Under the pieces are notes generated by a model that searched no databases, was not told the origin of the DNA, and was given only the letters and a program-made list of their open reading frames with translations. A DNA stretch of 63,832 nucleotides, filler included, from Choristocarpus tenellus KU-1152 (Eukaryota > Protista > Phaeophyceae), in assembly GCA_964200185.2 (NCBI GenBank). It is 13 parts of 13 records of this genome, joined end to end, with 100 filler letters (N's around TTAATTAATTAA, not from the genome) between each part and the next. Parts side by side here need not be neighbours in the genome. Positions count along the whole stretch, not along the records: positions 9,954 to 13,381 come from CAXNAD020020098.1; positions 13,482 to 18,083 come from CAXNAD020013839.1; positions 18,184 to 23,570 come from CAXNAD020010954.1; positions 23,671 to 26,557 come from CAXNAD020023916.1; 9 more parts are not named here. One strand, 5' to 3'. The position numbers were made by a program, and so were the translations under genes. Shown one piece after another: positions 12,442 through 25,106 of the stretch (positions are counted from its first letter, which is position 1; each line of letters opens with the position of its first letter).

Positions 12442-12697
12442 GAGCCAAAGTATCTTAGGGGGTACAGCCGCGTCCATTTGGGGGCCAAAGTCCAATGTTG
12501 CAATTTTGATGTAATTTTGGCTATTGTGTTTAGGAAGTGTCAATGTCGATGTTCTGGACACACCTTCTATTAACATACACATTTTACACACTCCAAAACA
12601 TTTTGGAGTAGGAAAATATCTTTAAAAAACCCATGGGAAGCCAGGATCCAAATGGACAAACAGGGCAAAAATCGTACCCTCGAAGATACTTTCACTC
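12442..12697. mobile_element. MITE family A, full length
   Basis: GAGCCAAAGTATCTTAG...AGATACTTTCACTC with conserved interior. Confidence 0.9.
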
Positions 12698-13184
12698 AAG
12701 TACATCCTATGACCTTGTGGATGGACTCTTTTTAAAAGAGTTGTGGAGATGAATCACATTTATAATTAGGTGATCGGAACTGGGGTCCCATTCATTTTTA
12801 GGCCATGTCAGACATGTATACTTTGCAACTTTTGAAGATGCTTCAGAAAGAGCAAGTACAACACTCAGAATAGCCGGAATGCAAATTATAGTCTGTGCCT
12901 CTTAGGATACATTATCCCAAGAGAAACATGGATATGTGTTGATCGATTCTGGACCTAGTTGAAGTTCTATATTCTTAATAATAATATATACTCTATGACT
13001 AGCTCAGACATTTATTGATTCTGACTGTGTCATAAGCCTTTTGAGGAAATATTCTCGAGAAGAAACTGGGAGATATGTCTATCATTGGTTGGAACTATTT
13101 TGAATTTGGAACCGAGGTTCCTGGATTGGAAGCAATTGACGAGTTTGGAACTGGAGCCCCTCTTTTGCTTGATGGCAACTAACT

Positions 13185-13345
13185 CATGCTGCTACTGCGT
13201 GATCTGAGGTGACAGGTAATATCTATTGTCTTAACCTGTGACAATCGCCTGTGGTAAGCGTGAAACATGTATACCTAGTTCACGCTGGGGGGCATGTTAC
13301 AGGCGAATAGCACGAGTATTTCTTCCCGCGCTTTACCTGGCGCAA
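13185..13345 (+). mobile_element. LTR retrotransposon 3' end (family C): conserved block, polypurine tract and LTR start at 13295
   Basis: CCTAGTTCACGCTGGGGGGCA|TGTTACAGGCGAATAGC, identical at ~16624-16661; LTR start also on the - strand at 24158 and 24215. Confidence 0.7.
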
Positions 13346-13713
13346 GCAGTATACACGCGTGGGGAACCCCAAAAGGGGGGGNNNNNNNNNNNNNNNNNNN
13401 NNNNNNNNNNNNNNNNNNNNNNNNNTTAATTAATTAANNNNNNNNNNNNNNNNNNNNNNNNNNNNNNNNNNNNNNNNNNNNGGGGAAAAACGGCCCCGCC
13501 CCCCCCCCCCCCCCTTCAGACACTTTAACCCTCAGACCACAAATAGTAAATCGAAGGTCAGGCCTCCGACAAAGATTGTAGTTGGGTGGATGAAAGGGGA
13601 GCGCCACTTGGAGAGTTCCAGTGAAGAGTTCCCGTCCACTGGCTGTACGAGACGGGAAACGCAACCTAAGCTTACATATCTACATAAATAATATTGAGCT
13701 GGTGCACTCTGTC

Positions 13714-14458
13714 ATGTCGCTTAAGATGATAGCCTGGGTGCTTACCCTCTCACCTACGCTCGTTGAGGCGGTGGCGGTTACCTTGGATATCAAAACGAGT
13801 TTACGTGAATATGTAGAGGAGTGCGTTCGGGATATGATATTTCCAGAGGGTGGCTGCGATCAATCGCCATATGTCAGTGTCGAAGACGTGTTACCTGTGT
13901 CATCAGACCGTCTCCAGTGTTTCAAGGTGATACTTGCAGACATCGTCCTTTGCTTCTTTAATCCAGAGTCAGACTGCCCATCCCAGAGAATCCTACTTTC
14001 TCCATTCTGGAAATGGATGCTTGTTGCATGCCTATGGTGGTCCAGCTATCGCCTTCATTAATAGACAATCTCCTTAACATAACCTCCATCGTTACGCTTC
14101 TCCAATTGTTATTCCTTCTACCATCTCGCAGGCTGAAGATGTCTCGGAGGAAAACATGGAGAAGATAGCCAACATGTTCTACTTCCACTTCATTGGGGAC
14201 AGCACGACGAGACGTCTGGCCGATAGCTTCGAATCTCTGTACACAGGAATAATACCGACTCATCCCCACTCGAATGGAAGAGTAAATCACAGTGTTGGAG
14301 CATTGGATGCCATCTTCGACTGGACACCATTATGCAGCGAATTCCGAGCCCAGATCACGGAATCCACACTTGATTTGGACAATCCTGCGCAGAAAGTGGT
14401 TGTGATCGTGACGCAGTTCGGCATCCATGACGTCACTGATGCTGTGAGAGCCTATTGA
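13714..14458 (+). CDS. Possible secreted SGNH/GDS-motif esterase or O-acetyltransferase-like protein; splicing not fully resolved, may be a pseudogene
   Basis: Hydrophobic N-terminus MSLKMIAWVLTLSPTLVEA; GCLLHAY segment; exon from 14132 with FHFIGDSTTRRL and VVIVTQFGIHD. Confidence 0.45.
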
Positions 14459-15960
14459 TTCACATGGATTTTGTCTAATGTGTGCTTGGAGAGTGCTGCA
14501 TCCTATCGGTTTTTTAGAAGTGGATACATTAGTCTGCCCATGCAACAATTCCCACCTCCAATTGCCAAAACTGTGATGTTGAGATTTAGTGGTCCTTTGA
14601 CATAGTACTGTTCACAGTATACAGGATAGCTGGTTCTGATGTACTTGATAAACAACTTGTGCTTTAATTATTGTTGATAGGGATACGATACTCTTGTTCG
14701 GTTGATGAAAGATCACTGGTGTGTTGTAACCCTTTGTTTTTGCTACCTTGTTGTGTTACTAAGAGCGTTAATTGCAAAATAGTGAGCACTAGGGGTGCCT
14801 TGCGTCGTATGTATCCCCTGTTGCTTTAAGTCTATCGAGGAGGCATAGGCCCTAGACCCTGAATTTAGATTTGTGAACGGAATTTTTAGAGATCGAATAT
14901 TGCGTGATTTAGCGAGTCTACCACGCGTATACTCTACCCAAATTTCCTGTTTGTATCGCGCACAACAACACGCACTTAGACGTGTAGACGTGTACAATTA
15001 TTTTGTCACTACTTTGACTCTCATTTTTGCACCATACGGAGGATATGGCACAGAGTTTCCTAACCGGAGGGATTAGGAGGTCATTGAATGAAGCTAGGGA
15101 TAGTGGTCCTCATGATGCAATCTCAAACGATTCAGTCCTGGGCAAAGCCTTCATATGGAGGTGGTACTGTTGCAAGTCTTTAACAGAGAGAACGTTGACA
15201 GCTGAATGCTGTCTTCGTAACTGAATAGCATTGGAACCCAGTGGCGTAAACAGAGATCCCTGCTGAGATTTCTTCTGTGTCTACTCAAGGCACAGGAATA
15301 ACTTGACTGGAATTTGATTCCTCTTAAGTCAAACCGAAACAGTGGGGATCGTGGTGGAAGAAAGTGGAGCACATCAAAGATGAGAACCCAATTTCATCAA
15401 ACACCTCAGATGTACTCTGGAAAGGCACAGAAAGCTATTGGAAAGTGCTGGATGGGTGAGAAGTGAAAGGAACACCATCTCTTACCTTACACAAACGGCT
15501 TCAGACTGGAGGACATTACTCTATGGCTACCCCATCTCTGCTGGTCATCATCCTCAACCATATTGGGTGAGTTTGTCACAGGTGATATGTCTTGATGGCG
15601 GTTTCATAAACACCATATAATGACATTGAAGTTCTAGATTTGATATATTTGTACTTCTTGATTATATATTTATTCTTTGGTCATTATGGTCTTCGGTTGC
15701 GATAAGACATCGTTGATCAGTTCCTTTTTATACCACGATTTTTACGATAATCCAAGTGAGAGATCCAGCATACTTGACGACTTGTGCATCAGGAGTCCTA
15801 TACGTACATCAGCATCATCTATAAGACCGTGGATTGGAGCTATACATCCTCGGGAAGTAAGCTCTCTGGGGCGCCTGTAACATGGAGGTCTAGCCGAGAC
15901 TGGAGGTCTAACCGAGACATGGAGGTCCTACTGCGTCTCTTCAAACATTTAGGATACCTG

Positions 15961-16063
15961 GCTTGTTCCACCTGGATTGTTTTCTTGTTCTACCTGGATC
16001 GTTTGCTTGTTCCATCTGGATTATTTTCTTGTTCTACCTGGATTGTTTGCTTGTTCCACCTGA
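15961..16063. repeat. 22-bp tandem minisatellite, ~5 copies
   Basis: (G/T)CTTGTTC(C/T)ACCTGGATTGTTT repeated head to tail. Confidence 0.9.
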
Positions 16064-16339
16064 GTTTGTGGTCTTCATTCGTCGTCTATGGGATTCCCTC
16101 CTTGGGCTCGTCATCTTCATGGGTCTGAGGGCTTCTGTGGCTCTGAGGAATCGCCCCTCTCTAGCTGTAAAAAGAGTGGCCACTTATCGCCACATCATCC
16201 ACCTATAGTTGTAAACGAGTGGTTTTCGACCGCCATAGTATAGACGTTGCCTAGGTAGTTCTTCCTCGCCATTCGTACACTCACATTCCCGATCTGTTTT
16301 TCGTGTATCACACTGTTCTTTTATCCCACAGGTTTAGTA

Positions 16340-16662
16340 GGAACTGGGTCTCTAGGTCGCAAAAAAAGCTGGCAGAGTGGGAACAGAGTCGGAACTGGAG
16401 TCCCTCAGTCGCAAGAAAAACTGGCAGAGTGGGAACGGAGTCGGAACAGAGTCGGAACTGGAGTCCCTAGGTTGCAAAACAAATTTGGCAAGAGTCGGAA
16501 CTGTAGCCCCAATGTTGCCATGTGGCAATTAATACATGCTGCCGCAGCATGATTCGAGGTGATAGATGATATTTATTGTCCTGACCTGTGATAATCGCCC
16601 GCGGTAAGCGTGAAGCATATATTCCTAGTTCACGCTGGGGGGCATGTTACAGGCGAATAGCA
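16340..16662 (+). mobile_element. Second family C retrotransposon 3' end: GGAACTGGAGTCC repeats, PPT and truncated LTR (start 16645)
   Basis: ~120 bp homologous to 13190-13312. Confidence 0.7.
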
Positions 16663-16784
16663 TGTCTGCCTTTTCGCATTCCAACCAGTGTGAGTAGCCT
16701 GACGACATTTACTATCTTATGCGAATTTTAGACATTTTTGTTCGTATTTCAGACATGATTCCTGTCTTCTATTGTTTGTGTTTA

Positions 16785-17890
16785 TAGTTCTGAAGGGGGA
16801 AAAGTCAATGACAACACCCTATTTCAATACTATTGTCATTTTTCATCCATATTCATTTTTGTTGATATTTGTGAGGAGAGTCTTACTATGACACTCCCTA
16901 TTTTTCCTGCGTCTTTTGTTGTATGTTCTTTGTTTATGGGTAGAGCAAGCCTTTATATGACAGGACCTTGTTTTTGTTTGTGACTGTGAGACGTCTTGCT
17001 GTCCAATAATTTGTGTTTAGAGCTGTGAAGGTGGACAGTCTAAGCAGTACCCTATTTCAGTGCTATTGTAATTTTGTGCCTGTATTTATTTTTGCTGATA
17101 GTTGTGAAGAGGGAGAGACTTGCTGAAATGCTCTCTATTGTTATTTTTTTTTGTAAGATGTTGAATTTTTTGGTATATATTCATAGTTCCTAGCAAGGGT
17201 AAGCCTTTCTATGACAGCACCCAATCTCTTTTGTGAGTGTGAGTCATGGTCTTAGTGTCCTGTCGTTTCTTTGTTTTAGTTCTGAAAGGGGAGAGTCCAT
17301 GGCAATACCCAAGTTCAGTGCTACTATGGTTTTGTGTCTGTATTTGAGTTTATCTTGTGGAGACGTTTTAGATAGTACTCTATTTTTGACGTGTATATGA
17401 GACTCTGGTGTAGCAGGTTTAGTTGAGCCAAAGTATCTTGGAGGGTAGAGCCGCGTCCACTTGGGGGTCAAAATTAAATGCTGCAATTTCGATGTAATTC
17501 TGGCTATCGTGTTTGTTAGGAAGTGTCAATATCCTTGTTCCGGACACACCTTTTCCAGATGTACACATTTTACCTACTCCGAAATTATTTTGGAGGGGGA
17601 AAATGTCATAAAAACCCTGAGGGAAGACAAGTCCCAAATGGACAAACAAGGCAGGACTCGAACCCTCTAAGATGCTTTCACTCACTATGGTTTTGTATCT
17701 GTATTTGTGTTTGTTTATCTTGGAAGGGGGATGGAGTATTTTTAGACAGTACCCTACTTTTGACGTGTATATGAGACTCTGGTGTAGGAGGTTTACTATG
17801 ATTTTGTGTCTGTATCTGTGTTTGTTTATATTGGAAGGGGTGGAGTCTTTTTAGACAGTACCCTACTTTTGACGTGTGTATGAGACTCTG
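16785..17890. repeat. Degenerate compound tandem repeat (~240-bp units, then ~110-bp units) interrupted by MITE A
   Basis: TGAAGGG..AGTC..ACCC.A.TTCA.T.CTA near 16790, 17025 and 17283; TTTAGA(C/T)AGTAC(C/T)CTA(C/T)TTTTGACGTGT..ATGAGACTCTG three times. Confidence 0.75.
17425..17683. mobile_element. MITE family A, full length
   Basis: GAGCCAAAGTATCTTGGAGGGTA...CCCTCTAAGATGCTTTCACTC. Confidence 0.9.
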
Positions 17891-19181
17891 AAATGCAGAG
17901 TGAGTGCCGTGTGTTAAAACATAGGCTACTCATCTGTTTTTTCCTTGATACGATACAGTTCCACTAGTCAACACTGACTGTTGATTGGTCTGTTACGTTC
18001 TGGACGTTACTTTCACTAATTCCTCATCACCACATCAACTACAATCAGAACACCTCAGTACAGAACAGTCGCTCTACGTTCCANNNNNNNNNNNNNNNNN
18101 NNNNNNNNNNNNNNNNNNNNNNNNNNNTTAATTAATTAANNNNNNNNNNNNNNNNNNNNNNNNNNNNNNNNNNNNNNNNNNNNCAGATACTTTGGGTCAG
18201 CACTCTATTTGTGCTCCTGTTGTCCCAACCTATGCTCTCTTTTCTTTTTCAATTATCTCCTACTCATCATGCAGCTAACTGTGACTCCTGTAGTATATAA
18301 AATATACTTGAATTCTTCGTTTTCAAGGTTATTTCATAATGTCGGACTCTTCCCAACTGCTCAACCACCTCGACATCGCAGCTCTATCCACTCATCATGT
18401 CTGTCCACCCATCGCCCCTGCCTTCCATTTTCTCCACGCTCATCTTACACGGGGATTTGTCCTCATGTTCTGTCTCAAGTTTTGATGGTTCAAAGTATTC
18501 TTGTCCTACTCATACAGAAACATCAACCAAATGAAAAGGTTTGATGGTCCGGCTGCCTGGCCTTGTGACAGTCCTCCACACCTTCACATTGTAATATCTG
18601 GATGTCTCCAAAAAGTAGCTTTTATTTGTAGAACTTTTGCCGTGTAGTGAGTCAAACTAAACGAGATGTACTCAAATTTTGGCCGTTTCGCATATTAACC
18701 CAGATATTTCAACCTATTGCAATTCACCATATTCAACGGATGAAGTGATGACCGGGAAGAAACGTATGTTTTAACACAGAGTTAGAAGGCATTGCCAAAG
18801 CATAGGCCTTAGCCTTCCTTAGTGAAAATAATGTATGCCGATCGTTATTGAGGTGGAAATTTCAAGAAATGTGCCGAGTGTGCTATCACCTCTTCCTGAC
18901 GCCCAGGCGGCCCAAACTCATGCCATCCCTCTACGAAAATCTAGGATATATCAATGGTGGCGCTACTTCAATTTTTTGGGTCTTTGCCTGCTGTTGAGAA
19001 ATTTAGCTTCCTTAAGGCCTGACACTTGGGGTCTATCACCAACCACCACATATCTGACGCAATTTTTTAGTGGGATATGTCGATGTAATGTGACTGCAAC
19101 ATAATGTATTTTGGGGATGTAATGAGCCTAAAATCTCCCAAAATGGTGAGGCACTAACACACGACGATGTGATACTGATTG

Positions 19182-19480
19182 GGTTCAAAGTATCTGGGAG
19201 GGGGGGGGGGTGGCGGCTGTCCGNNNNNNNNNNAATAAACCAAAACACCACAAAAAGTGGGAAGCAACAAACCGACGGTGTGTTTCGGTGGGTGGGTAAA
19301 ATTGGGGGGGGGGGGGGGGGGGGGTGGCGGCTGTCCGTTTGGGGTCAATTTTTTCATGTCACGATTTTTGGTGATTTGGTTGTGCATTCGTCGAATGGAT
19401 AATGTAAGTGCACTTTTCCTGGTTTTGACCCAAATGGACACCCTGGTGTAGACCGCCCCCCCCTCCCCGATATTTGGGTC
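19182..19480. mobile_element. MITE family B with both ends present (internal assembly gap), apparent TSD ATTG
   Basis: GGTTCAAAGTATCT-poly(G)...poly(C)-GATATTTGGGTC, flanked by ATTG on both sides. Confidence 0.8.
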
Positions 19481-22400
19481 ATTGGTGATGACTGGAGGCT
19501 CACACTAACGCATTGTGACACATTTGCTATAAATGTATTAACTCATATCCCACTACGCAAGATGATGTCGTACCAATCAGGAACAACTTAATAATAAATA
19601 TTCTTTAGGACGTAACTAGTCTAAGTTCGTGTTGAAACGGCATTGAAATGACCTCGGACGAGGTGAAGCTGACTAATAATGACCAAATAATTTCACCAAC
19701 ACTTCGATCCAATACGTAGCTATACCATATCCTCTTAGTGTGAAGAAAACTGAGTTGTGGATGACTGTTTCCTGTGGAATTGATGGTGGATGGATGTATC
19801 GTACGTGTTACATATTCAGCATTTTTTTGGTGATGTGAAGCCACTGACTACGGGTGCCTCCTTCGTTTATTCTGCTTTTGTCCATTCATCTGTTCGCGTG
19901 TTCCAGTCATGGGGGCAACAACACCCGACCATCACGCAATGAATCGTTCTCTGCATTATAGTGTTTTCCACCAAGGACATACAGTATTCTGTATTCTATA
20001 CACTAGTGTTTTCCACTAGAAATTCTCTCTGTTCTCTGTTGATACTCAACCTTCTTTCATCCCCCCGCTTTCTCACTACTTTCTCACTACTTTCTCACTA
20101 CCAACATTCCATTTTCCGAAGTAATTGTTGGAACTCGTCTCACTGATGTTATCACTCTGCCCATGCCCCCCTTAAGGTACTTACTGCCTATGTAAGCCCG
20201 TAGTATCCTAGAGGGTGGAGAGGGTTAGACCAGGTCGTCTATTCAGAGCTTGATGGGGTGCTGTAAACATCCCAGTCTGGTGCCCGTTTTGCGGGTGAGT
20301 TTCCTTCGAATTTGGTCCACGCAGAGGCATGGAAAAGGAAGGTGTGTTCAGATGAAGGAAATTATTGCTGCTGTCGAGACCACTCTCTCAAATAACATGA
20401 AAATCACTCCAGGGTCACAAAACCCCGAATGGATGCCTGACCCCCACACTAGGATACTATTGGCCGTAACCGTTCCTTGATCGTCCCCTCCTTTGTCTCT
20501 TGATACTTCGATTCTTACTCTTCTTGGTCATAGAAGCAAAAGTATGTGTTTGCCCTCCTCGCCACCAGCAATATATTTTGACGCAGGTGTTGTATTGCAT
20601 TCTCCTCTCACTCTCTTTCTATTGTCTCCTTCTCTTATGCATTTCCACCCATATTGCTGCAAATGGTTTGACCTTGTTCTTAGTGATGGCAGAGCAGATT
20701 AGAGACAGTGCGTGTCGCAATAAATTCATCGCCTTTCATCGCCCACCCATCACCTCTAGATGACGAGGCATAAACAGTGTAATGAGGGATTATTTAGCCT
20801 TCCCTAGCGTTTCACCCATTTGTGTGTACCAGCAGAAGTGCAGCTTTGCATGAATACATTTTTGGTTCTTGCTGGAGCATTAAGCAGCAATGGTTGGTTC
20901 ACTGTGCCGCCCTTTGCTTCCTTTCTAACCGTATCCAGGGCCACAGGGTGGCGATGGTGCAATGACTACAAGCACTCTTACTGGTGTGGCCAATACCACG
21001 ATGGTTGCTGCTGTCGAGATCCCTCTCTCTGCCTCCCCTCGCCTGTGCATTCCCAGTGATCATATGATAACTAGGTAGGGTGGAGTGATGGGCTATTTTT
21101 ATTCACATCATCTTAGTAGCCGTGCACAGATGTTAGTGTTGTTCAGGGGGAGTAGAATTTTGTATTCATTGTACAAGAAAAACCTTCCGGTTAATGGGGT
21201 ATGGCCACATTCTTCTGTCGAGCTCCACCAAGCCACGTGCAGATGGCATTTTTTGTATGCATCTATCCTTCAGGGTAGAGCTAGTCCTGCCAAGCAATAC
21301 CACACAACTTTAAAGTTCAGTTTTCACATTGTGGGCTTTCCGTTTGATTTTAAATGTATATTTAGTGGTGTGCATTTGTCTCTGCCTTGCACAGAGAAAC
21401 GAAGGCTGTAATACTTGACGGGTTTTACCATCTCCCTGATAGCTTCAGAGTTGATGCTAACCAAGAATTTCGACGGCAATTTCATATATTGATATATTGC
21501 GAGATCCGACTCCCTTTCTTGATACTTCGTTGCATATATGTAAGCAATTTGGTGGTCGTATCTGTAAACTAGTGCGAGAAACTGTGACTTTGAACAAATA
21601 CATCATCGGTCCTGTGAGCATTTCCTCCATACCCCATCCAACTTGTTTTGCATTCAATCTTACTATACGATTCAAAACTACAACACAGGGGACGACACAC
21701 ATTTATCAGACAAGTGGATGTGGTCTCATGCTGCTTAGCAACCAGAGAAGATATGTGTGAGATAAAGGAGATGCAAGACAATTGGAAGTTGATGCAAGCA
21801 ATTAGGGCTCTATACAATGTAATAATCTTGTGGTGTTGATACGGGCATAATTCTCCTACTGCTGCCAGCAGACACCGCAACAGACACATGACAACTATTT
21901 GGCACTCAACTGACACCCCTTCATACAGGTACACCCCAAAAACTGCATGCAGTGAGGAAATCCTCACTGTTTCTTGTGAGACTTGTTGTAGACAGGATGC
22001 GATGCTTCTATCCCACGCCAGCTCGTACAATTTAGAGAAGCTTTAAAGAGGTAGACTTGACACTGAGGTTGGAGATCATTCACTGCGCAGTCCCTGCTCA
22101 ACCACTCCCCAGAGTTTTGGACAAATGCATGTATACACTCCTAACTCACTACCCCACCGCACCTATGGCGCCTCACTGGACCCTCCAGCAAACTCCATAG
22201 ATCACAACAGTAGTGGATTAAACTAGATCCCTTGATCATTTTACCCCTGCTGCTGAGTCAATCCACATCTTACCCGTGTGTCCCTCTGCTTCTCCTAACC
22301 TAACTCCAGGGAGATATACATTTCTGGACTTTCCCCACCGCCGCACCTATGATGAAGCCTGTTCCCAGCTTCAGCCTCACGGTCTCACCTCTCACAGATA

Positions 22401-23496
22401 TTTCTCACAAGGTTCCTGACCTGCATGTTGTTGCATCTTCCACACACACAAGATCTAGCGACTCTGTTGTCTTGTTGGTGGTGCAGACTCAGCAGAGCAA
22501 AATGCGAAAAGTACACCGTGTTGCGGCAGAGAAGCCTCTGACCAAGAGAGGAAAAGTGAATTGAGGAAAAGAGGATTGCGGGCCAGCAGGCCCAGGATGC
22601 TCTCCTTGAAAAAGAGAAATGGAGGAAGGGCATCTTGAGGAGGAGAAGGAGTGGAAGAGGAAACTTACACAGCACAGAAGTAGGCAAAAGGACTGTGTGC
22701 ACTCGGAATGGGAGGGAGACATATGGAGGAAAAGATCGTGCATGTAGGAGAGGAAGACGAATCATGAGGTGTGGGAGGCTGGGAGTCTCGAGAAAGGAGG
22801 TGGGTAATTAGCCACTACAATGTTATCAAATCTAAACATTATCAAATGACCTGTCGGTAAGAGTAAGAAATATCCATCGCACATGATGCACATTTGTTGA
22901 AGGGTTGCACGTACTTGGTCGACCAGTTTTGATCCGAATGCTCCTAGCTGGCCAAACTCGATGCGATATGATTGCCATGGATGCACCTCCTTCCTCCTCC
23001 TGTCTGCGTTGAATTTCACTGAGATGGGTTTTCAGTTCTTTGAAGGTGGGGGCTCAGAGCAGGCCTCTCCTCAACCCACATCAATCTTGTTTTTAAATTT
23101 ATCCATCATTCAGGTATGACATGTGCTCGACTAGTATTGTAGTGGTTTTCTTCTGGACTTGGGGCAAGGTGGCAGCAGGACTCCACCCTAAGACTGCCAC
23201 ATATGGACTACTGAGTAGTACAAGATACCTATAGACTGGAGCGAACTCCTTAACTTTGTCAACACATCAACAGTCACTCGAATACTTACAGACTCGAATT
23301 TCTTGCCCTTGGCATAGATACCTACTCCCATCTTCTCCATGTACCTTTCGCTGTACTCAGTCGGGATCCTGAGGAAGGTTACAACGCGTCTTCTCTACGT
23401 TCGATGGAAGAGAATACTTCTATACGTCGTCATAGAAGCTAAAAATCTCGGGGGAAACTATGCATACATCTTTGAGCTGTTGTAGACACATGTTAA

Positions 23497-23570
23497 GGCT
23501 CATAGTATCTGGGGGGGAGGGGGGGGGTCTACACCAGGGTGTCCCTTTGGATCCTTACCAGGAGAAGTGC
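23497..23570. mobile_element. MITE family B fragment at contig end (other fragments: 18184-18198, 30184-30220, 38084-38143, 44207-44266, 57515-57553)
   Basis: AGTATCT-poly(G)-TCTACACCAGGGTGTCC. Confidence 0.8.
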
Positions 23571-23739
23571 NNNNNNNNNNNNNNNNNNNNNNNNNNNNNN
23601 NNNNNNNNNNNNNNTTAATTAATTAANNNNNNNNNNNNNNNNNNNNNNNNNNNNNNNNNNNNNNNNNNNNACCTTAAAACGATGCTATGGGGGCGTTGCC
23701 TTTTACAACGAATTGTAGGTGTCAGATAGCCTTCTCTTG

Positions 23740-24455
23740 ATATTCCACTCAGTGCTTAGCTCAAAGCTTAACTCAATGTTTCGTTCAAAATATAAAGACC
23801 GGCATAACAGGGGTAAAAGTGTTTCCACTAAAAGCCCTCTCATTATTTTCATCATCCACCCAATTTCTTTGGTCTTCTATCAACTGCTCTATAGGTAATC
23901 CAATCTTAAACCTTTATTCTTCAACTTCTTAGTGACTTTGACATTTTCTTCTGTAATGTTACGTAGGTATTCCGAATCTTACTCGCATCTTCTATGAAAT
24001 CATCATTTATTCTGTAAGGCTACCTATGTGTTACTAATATCGTATATAGTTCGTACTTGTCAGAACTCGAGAAGCAATCCCCACACTATACATCTGTTAC
24101 AAATGTTCGTATTTCCTAAAACATGAGGAGAAAATGCTCGCGCTATTCGCGTGTAACAAATGTTCGCACTTCGTTGGAATACAAGAAGAAACGCTCGCGC
24201 TATTCGCCTGTAACAGATACTCCACTCAGTGCATAGCTCAAAGCTCGACTCAATGTTTCGTTCAAGATGAAAGACTGTTTTAAAAGGGGTAATGGATGTT
24301 GAACAAAGGCCCTTTAATTTTAATCATCATCCGCCCGATTTTCGTAGTCTATGAACTAAAAGACATTTGCAAACTGCTGTATACATAATCCAATCATAAA
24401 CCTTTATTATGCAACTTCTAGGAATTTTGATGTTTCTTCTGTAAGGTTACGTACG
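23740..24455. repeat. Direct repeat of ~235 bp (23740-23970 and 24216-24455) bracketing a family C LTR fragment with 57-bp tandem units
   Basis: TCCACTCAGTGC.TAGCTCAAAGCT..ACTCAATGTTTCGTTCAA twice; GCTCGCGCTATTCGC.TGTAACA twice. Confidence 0.8.
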
Positions 24456-25106
24456 CATCACGAATCGCTCATTTTCGGTCTACCAGATGACGTATACAAT
24501 ATTAAAAAAACACATACATCATGCACAGGACAAAACAATTTATCTTATGACGACGACAACAAAAGCATGCCTTCTTTTAGATGAACCAATTAATTACATG
24601 TGATATGGTGAAGTTCTCCTAGAATATCTCGTAGTTACTTACCCAAACACATACTTCCTCTACCTAAAATATAAGCCACACTAGGAAAAACCGAAATATA
24701 AGCTTCATTTGGTACTAAGAAGTACGTTTGCCCAATTGAGGGCGATCCCAGCAAAAAATAACGATTGGTATGTGCTGAACATGTATCGGGGAGCATATTG
24801 TTCGATTAGACTCTTCCAACTTTATCGGACAGCTATGGTAAAATATGTATGGAGTAATGGAACGATCAATTAGTGGTTGAGTTATCAGAACCATTTACTA
24901 GTGATTAGTTGTATGAGAATTATTCTCAAGTAAAATGAAATATTTCTGATTTTTATGGGGTATTGCATGCCCCACTTAACTTTAATCAATCACTCTACAG
25001 ACACCAAGCAATCTCGCTGGTTTATCACCTTTATCCTCTTTGATGATTTGGGAGATACTTCAACACAATATATTGCACGTTAGGTTTCTAACTCATCATT
25101 TCATCA

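Noticed and set aside
15877-16510. Short repeats resembling a CRISPR array
   Set aside because: Head-to-tail or irregular repeats without unique constant-length spacers; no cas genes; eukaryotic context
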